26,124 bases of DNA from an uncultured Gammaproteobacteria bacterium (GTDB lineage Bacteria; Patescibacteriota; Microgenomatia; UBA1406; HO2-37-13b), in assembly GCA_964396255.1 (NCBI GenBank), contig CAYNEP010000001.1, positions 1 through 26,124 of the forward strand, in the 5' to 3' direction. Positions 8,062-14,576 of this stretch are shown in pieces. Every line of letters starts with the position of its first letter. Position 1 is the first letter of the stretch. The notes under the pieces were generated by a model. It worked only from the letters and a program-made list of their open reading frames with translations. It was not told the origin of the DNA and searched no databases. Both the position numbers and the translations under genes were made by a program.

Positions 8062-9258
8062 ATGTCAGATACGATTCTTTGTCCTCACTGTAACAAATCT
8101 ATCCCTCTTTCAAAAGCGTTTTCACATCAAATGTTGGAAACTCACAAACAAGAAATTGATAAGGCACTTACGGAGCAGAAAAGAATATTTGAAAGAGATC
8201 AATTAGAGAGAGAAAAAAGACTATCTCAGGAAGCATTGAGAAAAGCCCAAGAATCGCTTCAGCTTAAGATTCGCGATCGTGAAAATGAATCAAAAGAGTT
8301 ACTTGCGCAAAATAGAGCGCTCCAAGAGCAAATACTTGAGCTTAACAAAACGCTTCGACAAATAAGAGCTGATAGTGAGGCGATGAGGCTTGAGTTTCAA
8401 AAGAAGTTTATTGAAAGTGAGGAGAAAATTAGATATGACGCAAAGCGCAAAATTGAAGATGAATATAGATTGAAAGCTGCTGAGCAAGATAAGAAGTTAA
8501 ATGATGCGCTTAAGGTTAATGAGGAATTAAGACGAAAGCTCGAGCAAGGATCGCAACAGTTACAGGGCGAGGTATTGGAGCTTGAGCTTGAGGAAAAAAT
8601 CAAAAACACCTTTGTTTATGATGATGTTTCACCAGTTGCCAAGGGCGTTCGTGGAGGAGATATTATTCAAACAGTTAAAAATAAAGCACAAGTATCGTGC
8701 GGTAAAATTATTTGGGAGATCAAACGAACAAAAGCTTTTAGTCGGGAGTGGATAGTGAAACTTAAGGATGACCAAAGAAGGTTAGGAGCAGACATTGCAG
8801 TTTTAATCAGTAATGTATTGCCGCCTGGGATTGAACGATTCGGACAGATAGAGGGCGTGTGGATTGGGGATTATGAATCAATCATTGGATTAGCATCTGC
8901 ATTAAGATCGAACTTGATAGATATTTCATCGGTTAAATCCTCAAATGTGAACCGCGACGCTAAGCTTGAAGTTCTGCACGAATACATAAGTGGTGTCGAA
9001 TTCAAGCACAAAGTTGAGGCAATTGTCGAGGCGTTTTCGTTTATGCAAGACGAACTTGAGCGAGAAAAAAGGTGGTTTGCAACTAAATGGGCACGACAAG
9101 AGAAGTCTATACGAAAAGTTATTGATCAGACATTGTCTATGCATGGCCAACTCCAAGGAATTATGGGTAAAGCATTGCCTGATATTGAAGATAAAAAACA
9201 ACTTGAAGTTGACGTAGCTATTACAACGACAATTATCGAAGAGCAGCAATTATTCTAA
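8062..9258 (+). CDS. DUF2130-family protein (N-terminal CxxC, long coiled coil, RmuC/PD-(D/E)XK-like C-terminal domain)
   Basis: MSDTILCPHC; EKQ-rich coiled coil; SQQLQGEVLELELE, GGDIIQTV, IIWEIKRTK, WIVKLKDDQR. Start set to ATG 8062 rather than the track's TTG 8026. Confidence 0.8.
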   Translation: MSDTILCPHCNKSIPLSKAFSHQMLETHKQEIDKALTEQKRIFERDQLEREKRLSQEALRKAQESLQLKIRDRENESKELLAQNRALQEQILELNKTLRQIRADSEAMRLEFQKKFIESEEKIRYDAKRKIEDEYRLKAAEQDKKLNDALKVNEELRRKLEQGSQQLQGEVLELELEEKIKNTFVYDDVSPVAKGVRGGDIIQTVKNKAQVSCGKIIWEIKRTKAFSREWIVKLKDDQRRLGADIAVLISNVLPPGIERFGQIEGVWIGDYESIIGLASALRSNLIDISSVKSSNVNRDAKLEVLHEYISGVEFKHKVEAIVEAFSFMQDELEREKRWFATKWARQEKSIRKVIDQTLSMHGQLQGIMGKALPDIEDKKQLEVDVAITTTIIEEQQLF

Positions 9259-10476
9259 CTATCGTCTAACAAGGACAATACCAAATGGGAGGTCTCTGCC
9301 CGGGCCAGCTAAATACCTACCGCCCGACAGGAGTGCTGTTGAGCCACCACTATCTAGGTTAAGTGAATTCTGAACACCAAGCGTTTCCATAACGTATGCA
9401 ACTTCAGCAACCGATGCGCTATAAACCACACCGATGTAAACTGTTGTGCCTGAAAATCCTATAAAACTTCTTGAGCCTTTACCTTGACGTTTTACTTCAC
9501 CGTCTCCCCCAAAAACCCGCGATCCATTTGATGTTAGCATTGGCTGACTTGCAATAACAGAATCAACTCCCGTATCACGCCCCCATTCAAGCGACTTACC
9601 GACTATTCTCCCTGAACCACCTGAAAAGATAATTGCAGGCACCGTGCTGTAAACATTATTATCAGAGTTAAAATACACCTTGTTTTTGTTCATAAGAAGC
9701 GTATCAAATGAATTTTCTTTACCAGTGCATGATGGATAACTAGCTGGGCAGAAGTATGGTCCATTAATGGCGGCAAATGCACCGCTTCGACTGGCGTATG
9801 ACGAGAGCGACATTACGGGACAGTTGCTTGTGCATGTTCCGTCAGATGCGGTATCAACTATGACTTTTGTTGAACTTAGGTCGGCAGAAACTATATCAAC
9901 CATATATTCCCCAACAGGGGTTGAGACTTTTTGTCGACTGTACCCTTGTCCCGGAGGAGTATTGTTTGCTTTTACTGACTCTGGAATTTTAAATTCAGCA
10001 ACAACTTTCTGTTCATGAGACTTGATATCTCTATTAAGTGTGTCCAGCGTGGATGATGCGGAGGAGTAGTTGCGCTGCGAGAGTTGATTTAACACTTGAG
10101 CAAATAATTGATCTAGAGATGGGGGTGTTTTATTCTTGTCTTTAAGTTTTAATAGAGACTCATACGTTTTGTATGCTTTTTGAAAAGTGGACTCTATGTT
10201 TTTAATCTCAGTTTGAAGTGTGTTATTTCTTACAAATTGATCCTCTGAGGTGAGCTTACTTATTTCAATATCTTTTTGACCTAAAGTCTTTCGTGTTGAT
10301 TCAAGGTCCGATTTGAGTTGAGCAAGTTTTCTTTCCTTGGCACTCAGTGTTGTTCTGGTTGTGTTAAGAGAAGATTGGATGCCAAACGCGACAATAATGG
10401 CAACAAAGACAAAAGTGCCAATAGCAAGTAGCGTTATAATTTTTGAATTTGAAAGTTCATGAAATTGCAATTTCAT
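9259..10476 (-). CDS. Membrane-anchored phosphodiester glycosidase (NAGPA/DUF2233)-family protein with coiled-coil stalk
   Basis: N-terminal TM, heptad-rich segment, then AAINGPYF, SRSFIG and LNLDSGGST (family NLDGGGS). Confidence 0.8.
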   Translation of the reverse strand: MKLQFHELSNSKIITLLAIGTFVFVAIIVAFGIQSSLNTTRTTLSAKERKLAQLKSDLESTRKTLGQKDIEISKLTSEDQFVRNNTLQTEIKNIESTFQKAYKTYESLLKLKDKNKTPPSLDQLFAQVLNQLSQRNYSSASSTLDTLNRDIKSHEQKVVAEFKIPESVKANNTPPGQGYSRQKVSTPVGEYMVDIVSADLSSTKVIVDTASDGTCTSNCPVMSLSSYASRSGAFAAINGPYFCPASYPSCTGKENSFDTLLMNKNKVYFNSDNNVYSTVPAIIFSGGSGRIVGKSLEWGRDTGVDSVIASQPMLTSNGSRVFGGDGEVKRQGKGSRSFIGFSGTTVYIGVVYSASVAEVAYVMETLGVQNSLNLDSGGSTALLSGGRYLAGPGRDLPFGIVLVRR

Positions 10477-10483
10477 TACAGTC

Positions 10484-10489
10484 AGTATA
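10484..10489 (-). promoter_or_regulatory. Putative -10 box (TATACT), 7 nt before the glycosidase ATG
   Basis: Minus strand reads ttgTATACTgactgtaATG. Confidence 0.5.
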
Positions 10490-10516
10490 CAAGTGGGGTA
10501 GATTAATTGTAAAGAA

Positions 10517-10592
10517 TGGTGGCTGGGGGGAGGATCGAACTCCCGACCTCTCGCTTATGAAACGAATGCTCTAACCACTGAGCTACCCAGCC
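10517..10592 (-). tRNA. tRNA-Met(CAT), elongator type, CCA encoded
   Basis: 76 nt cloverleaf GGCTGGG TA GCTC AGTGGTTA GAGC A TTCGT TTCATAA GCGAG AGGTC GGGAG TTCGATC CTCCC CCCAGCC ACCA. G1-C72 excludes the initiator; G2-C71/C3-G70 and lack of C4-G69 favour Met over Ile2. Confidence 0.93.
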
Positions 10593-10602
10593 AAGACAAA
10601 TA

Positions 10603-10611
10603 ATTATATCA
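10603..10611 (-). promoter_or_regulatory. Extended -10 promoter (TGaTATAAT) for tRNA-Met
   Basis: Perfect TGnTATAAT, 10 nt upstream of the mature tRNA 5' end. Confidence 0.65.
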
Positions 10612-10635
10612 CGCTTGACAGATTGCATTGAATTG

Positions 10636-11595
10636 TTATTTTGCTGTATAAATCTTTGCAATAATTTCATCAAGGGGGACTGAATCGATATTAATATCAA
10701 CCGGTTTGTATTTTGATGTGACTGCCTCCAAAACACGTGGGACTTTATCTTGTGATGTTTTGACTATGTAGGAGTATTCTCCATCTTTCATAACATCTCC
10801 AAGTAGCTCAGTGTCGATCTTGACGGGAACTTTATCAAATGTAAATTTTACATATTTTGTTTTGTTATGAATCATCATAAGCTTTTCTAGTGTGTTGTCA
10901 TAAACTTTAATGCCACGATTGATAATAATGACCCTGTCACAAACCTTTTCAACATCATCCATATCATGGCTTGTGAGCAATAGTGTGACGCCTGATTTGG
11001 ATTGAATTTCTCTCAAAAACGTTCGAATAGTTTGTTTTGAAACAACATCGAGTCCTATTGTAGGCTCGTCGAGAAAAAGAACTTCAGGATTATGTAAAAT
11101 TGCTCCAATAATCTCCATTTTCATCCTTTGTCCAAGAGATAGTCTTCTTACCTGAACATCCAAATAATCTTGCACATGAAGCATTAGTGTCAATTGTTTG
11201 ACTCTAGTTTTATAATCAACGTCTGATATGTGGTATATTTTCCTGACAAGGTCAAAGCTTTGTTTTGGAGTTAAATCCCAATCTAGCCCGTTCTTATTCC
11301 CCATAACAAGTCCAATCTTCATTAAAAATTCCCTATCACGCTTAAATGGAATATGACCTAGTACAGTTACCGATCCTGACGAAGGGTACATAAGTCCTGT
11401 GAGCATTTTCATAATAGTCGTTTTGCCTGCCCCATTTGGTCCAAGCAATGCAACACTCTCTCCTCGCTTGATCTTAAAGCTAATGGAGTCAACAGCACGG
11501 TTTTCTCTATAGGTTGGGAGAAATAGATCGCGTAGAAATTGAGTTGTTATTCTTGATTTATATATTTTGGAGAGACTGTCGACGTTTATGATCAT
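10636..11595 (-). CDS. ABC-2 exporter ATP-binding subunit
   Basis: GPNGAGKTT, LSLGQRMK, LFLDEPTIGLD, TSHDMDD. Start at ATG 11595 (MIINVDSLSK); the longer track N-terminus overlaps the upstream gene. Confidence 0.93.
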   Translation of the reverse strand: MIINVDSLSKIYKSRITTQFLRDLFLPTYRENRAVDSISFKIKRGESVALLGPNGAGKTTIMKMLTGLMYPSSGSVTVLGHIPFKRDREFLMKIGLVMGNKNGLDWDLTPKQSFDLVRKIYHISDVDYKTRVKQLTLMLHVQDYLDVQVRRLSLGQRMKMEIIGAILHNPEVLFLDEPTIGLDVVSKQTIRTFLREIQSKSGVTLLLTSHDMDDVEKVCDRVIIINRGIKVYDNTLEKLMMIHNKTKYVKFTFDKVPVKIDTELLGDVMKDGEYSYIVKTSQDKVPRVLEAVTSKYKPVDINIDSVPLDEIIAKIYTAK

Positions 11596-11601
11596 GTTTT
11601 G

Positions 11602-11607
11602 ATTATA
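11602..11607 (-). promoter_or_regulatory. Putative internal -10 box (TATAAT), 6 nt before the ATPase ATG
   Basis: Minus strand reads TAA(stop)gcTATAATcaaaacATG. Confidence 0.45.
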
Positions 11608-11609
11608 GC

Positions 11610-12437
11610 TTACGATGAGGATGAGGTGTAATTGGCAATTGCAATTTTCCAAACTGCCAGTCTTAAAAAGAGCATGAAGATAAGCACAAGAAGGGTCCAG
11701 GTAAATAGAAAAATCGGGTCACTCTTGTTGAGTAGAATTGCCACTGGAAAACTAGCCCCAAGCATAACGGGTAGGAGACAGCCAAATGTAAACTTTCCAA
11801 TTTCTCCAAATCCTTGTAGTGGAATTCTTCTATTTGCGTTACCTTCAAACTCAAGTAGCAACTTAATGATCTTCTTGCTTTCACCCAACCAAATTACAGG
11901 AACTGTTGCAATAAATACCAATATATGCAAAATGAGCTGCCCCATAAAAATGACTAATATTCCAAGAATAACGTTTATTGTTGCAAACTCTAGATTTGAC
12001 CAATTAATTGAGAGACCTATAAGAAGAGTGGGTGGGATCCCATCTCGCATCATTGAATAGAAATACATTCTTTTAATGCTTATGTAAAATAAGGCAGGCA
12101 CAGGTTTTGTTAAAATTAGATCTAGATCACCTCGGTTAACATCTTGTATAAAGTCATAGAAGTTTTGTATGGTTAAAAACCACCATTGATAATATGAAAT
12201 TTGACCAATAAGAAAGAAGAATAACATCTCGTCTCTGGAGTATCCTGCGATAGATTTCACATTTGCATACAAAACATGCATGAATACAAGCATTGAACAC
12301 GTATAGAATACGGTAGAAAATATGCTCATCCAGTTATTTGCCCAGTATGCTGTCTCCTTCTGGAATGTAAAGGCAATATTAGAGCTTAAAATTACCCATC
12401 TGTCATATAGCGCCTGTTTAAATACCGATAGCTTCAT
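11610..12437 (-). CDS. ABC-2 family six-TM permease (DUF990/ABC2_membrane_6-like)
   Basis: Multiple TM helices, RGDLDLILTKPVPALF motif, adjacent to the ATPase. Confidence 0.85.
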   Translation of the reverse strand: MKLSVFKQALYDRWVILSSNIAFTFQKETAYWANNWMSIFSTVFYTCSMLVFMHVLYANVKSIAGYSRDEMLFFFLIGQISYYQWWFLTIQNFYDFIQDVNRGDLDLILTKPVPALFYISIKRMYFYSMMRDGIPPTLLIGLSINWSNLEFATINVILGILVIFMGQLILHILVFIATVPVIWLGESKKIIKLLLEFEGNANRRIPLQGFGEIGKFTFGCLLPVMLGASFPVAILLNKSDPIFLFTWTLLVLIFMLFLRLAVWKIAIANYTSSSS

Positions 12438-13197
12438 ATCTTTTCAATGACTTATGCCAAAGTGAATTTGAAAATATAGAGAGTGTAACCCCCCAGAACA
12501 TCGCCACTGCAAGATTGGTTAAGACGTCAGGTGTAATAGTTGGAGTTTGAAGGGCATGAACTGGGCCATAGACCATCCATGGAAACGGTGAAAGTTCAAT
12601 AATTCTTTTGAAAGGCTCAGGAAAGAGATAGATCGGAATCATGAGTCCTGACAACACGGCAATTATATGATTGACCGAATTTCTAATACCCGTTGCGTCA
12701 GGTGAATAAAGAAATAATGTGCCTTGGAGCACATTAAATGAGTAGCTAATCAGAAATGCACATATTAAAAATAATATAAAGAGAATAAGAGACACAAGGG
12801 TGCTTGGAGTTTGAAGGGCTAATCCAAGAGTAATTGTTATGAGCGCTATAATGATGTTTATACCATCCTTGCCTAAAGAATTAAAATACATTGCTGGTAA
12901 TAAATTGTAAGGCTTTAATAGAATATTGTTTATTGCTCCAGATCGAATTGATATGCCAAGTAAACTACCAAACTCTCCCCACTGGCTCATGACTATATTA
13001 TTAATGCCTGATGCAATTAGAAAGTAAGATGCAAATATCTCTGGTCCTGGGCTGTTTACGGCGCTTTTGGAATAGAGGGACCAAAAAATAATCAAAAAAA
13101 CAATCTCGACTAACGTTTTTGCGCCTGACGCAACAATTTCATAAGGATATGCAAAAAAACGTATAAAACTAAAACGAAAGATATCAAAATAAAGCAT
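12418..13197 (-). CDS. ABC-2 family six-TM permease
   Basis: IRSGAINNILLKPY, LSGLMIPIYLFPEPFKRIIELSPFPWMVYGP, multiple TMs. Confidence 0.85.
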   Translation of the reverse strand: MLYFDIFRFSFIRFFAYPYEIVASGAKTLVEIVFLIIFWSLYSKSAVNSPGPEIFASYFLIASGINNIVMSQWGEFGSLLGISIRSGAINNILLKPYNLLPAMYFNSLGKDGINIIIALITITLGLALQTPSTLVSLILFILFLICAFLISYSFNVLQGTLFLYSPDATGIRNSVNHIIAVLSGLMIPIYLFPEPFKRIIELSPFPWMVYGPVHALQTPTITPDVLTNLAVAMFWGVTLSIFSNSLWHKSLKRYEAIGI

Positions 13198-13237
13198 AGT
13201 AGCTAGGTATGAAGTCCTAAGTATACACCTGAGTGGA

Positions 13238-13267
13238 TTGTCTTGTCATTAGCGCGTGTGGTATTAT
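13238..13267 (+). promoter_or_regulatory. Putative promoter for the NUDIX gene (TTGTCT-18 nt-TATTAT with TG extension)
   Basis: TTGTCT 13238-13243, TG 13259-13260, TATTAT 13262-13267; ATG 13277 follows after 9 nt. Confidence 0.5.
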
Positions 13268-13276
13268 CGTGTTTAT

Positions 13277-13750
13277 ATGAATATAGTTGCAGACACTACC
13301 AAGCCATGTCCAACGTGCGGATTTTTTCCAAATAGGGGTCTTGGGATTGATGCCTTGATAGTTAGGGATAATAGAGTGGTTTTAATCAAGCGTGGCGGCG
13401 AACCATACAAGGGATACTGGGCATTACCTGGTGGTTGGGTTGATTGGAATATAACTATTGAGGATACTGTTGTGAAGGAGGTTAAGGAAGAAACTAATCT
13501 TGATGTTGTCTCAATGAAGCTCCTGGGCGTGTACGGTGACCCTGACAGACATCCAAGACAAGGCATGACAGCGGTGTATATTGTTGAGGCAAATGGGGAA
13601 TTAAAAGCAGGCGACGATGCTATTGAAGCTCATTTTTTTTCATTTGACCAGATCCCATCTCAATTGGGATTTGATCATGACAAGTTTATCGAAGTTTACA
13701 AAAACACTTATCAAATTTCTGCAGACTCAAGTCGGAGAGGCGGGACTTGA
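13277..13750 (+). CDS. NUDIX hydrolase (ADP-ribose pyrophosphatase-like)
   Basis: CPTCG, VVLIKRGGEPYKGYWALPGGWVD, KEVKEETNL, YGDPDRHPR, AGDDA, GFDH. Start taken at ATG 13277, since the track's GTG at 13256 lies in the promoter. Confidence 0.9.
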   Translation: MNIVADTTKPCPTCGFFPNRGLGIDALIVRDNRVVLIKRGGEPYKGYWALPGGWVDWNITIEDTVVKEVKEETNLDVVSMKLLGVYGDPDRHPRQGMTAVYIVEANGELKAGDDAIEAHFFSFDQIPSQLGFDHDKFIEVYKNTYQISADSSRRGGT

Positions 13751-13804
13751 ACCCGCGGCCTCCTCGTCCCAAACGAGGCGCGCTAGCCTCTGCGCCACTC
13801 TCCG
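13732..13804 (-). tRNA. tRNA-Pro(TGG), CCA not encoded
   Basis: CGGAGAG TG GCGC AGAGGCTA GCGC G CCTCG TTTGGGA CGAGG AGGCC GCGGG TTCAAGT CCCGC CTCTCCG A, followed by CTT. C1-G72 and A73 are typical of Pro. Confidence 0.94.
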
Positions 13805-13813
13805 TAAAAATCT

Positions 13814-13819
13814 ATTGTA
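13814..13819 (-). promoter_or_regulatory. Putative -10 box (TACAAT) for tRNA-Pro
   Basis: 9 nt upstream of the mature 5' end. Confidence 0.5.
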
Positions 13820-13871
13820 CTGCACGAGCGATCAATTTTCATTTGCAAATGGGCTTAGTCTTCTATTATTC

Positions 13872-13880
13872 TGATACAAT
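13872..13880 (+). promoter_or_regulatory. Extended -10 promoter (TGaTACAAT) for the sugar transferase operon
   Basis: 9 nt before ATG 13890. Confidence 0.6.
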
Positions 13881-13889
13881 ATATTACTC

Positions 13890-14567
13890 ATGAACGAAGT
13901 TGAGCTCAAACAATCGTCACGTACAAGACTCTATAGTCGGCTTCTCAAGCGAGTTGTTGATATAATCCTTGCAGTTTCTCTTCTCCTTCTTTTTTCACCA
14001 ATTGCACTGATTGTTGCCATTGCTATTAAGCTAAACTCACCTGGTCCAATACTTGCAGACACACCAAAGCGTGTTGGATATAAAGGGGAGTTATTCAATT
14101 TTCATAAATTTAGATCCATGTTCGTTAATTCGCATTATATTTTGCGAACTGATGCAAGATTTAAAAAACTCTACGAAGAATATAAGAAGAATAGTTTTAA
14201 ACTTACGCAGGACCCAAGAATTACGTCTGTCGGAAAAGTCATTCGCAAGTACTCGCTTGACGAGCTACCTCAATTTATTAATGTCATCAGAGGAGAGATG
14301 AGTATCGTTGGTCCTCGAGCTTACTATCCTGACGAGCTTGAGGAACAACAAAAAAAATATCCTCAAACACGTCCAATGGTAAAGAAAGTACTTTCAGTAC
14401 GCCCAGGAATTACAGGCTTATGGCAAGTTTCGGGACGTTCAGAAGTTAATTTTGACAAACGTATTGCAATTGATGCATATTATGTCGACAATATATCTTT
14501 CATGCACGATGTTATAATAATACTAAAGACTCCTTGGGCAATGATATCTGCTAAGGGCGCTGTCTGA
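13890..14567 (+). CDS. Priming polyprenyl-phosphate sugar-1-phosphate transferase (Bac_transf; WcaJ/WbaP/CpsE C-terminal type)
   Basis: KRVVDI, one TM, KFRSM, DPRITSVGKVIRKYSLDELPQFINVIRGEMSIVGPR, RPGITGLWQVSGR. Confidence 0.95.
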   Translation: MNEVELKQSSRTRLYSRLLKRVVDIILAVSLLLLFSPIALIVAIAIKLNSPGPILADTPKRVGYKGELFNFHKFRSMFVNSHYILRTDARFKKLYEEYKKNSFKLTQDPRITSVGKVIRKYSLDELPQFINVIRGEMSIVGPRAYYPDELEEQQKKYPQTRPMVKKVLSVRPGITGLWQVSGRSEVNFDKRIAIDAYYVDNISFMHDVIIILKTPWAMISAKGAV

Positions 14568-14576
14568 CATATATAT

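Noticed and set aside
9241-9255. DUF2130 ends in EQQLF, resembling a clamp-binding motif
   Set aside because: The Gln is out of register for QxxLF (position 1 is Glu). Too weak without conservation data.
10517-10592. tRNA(CAT) as initiator fMet or Ile2
   Set aside because: G1-C72 is paired and the three G-C anticodon-stem pairs are absent, so it is not the initiator. It lacks the C4-G69/C5-G68 TilS determinants and matches the elongator Met pattern.
10636-11652. Long N-terminal extensions in the ORF track (ABC ATPase from 11652, GT2 from 21296, DUF2130 from 8026, ftsH from 3811)
   Set aside because: They overlap upstream genes or promoter boxes and lack family similarity; downstream ATGs fit better.
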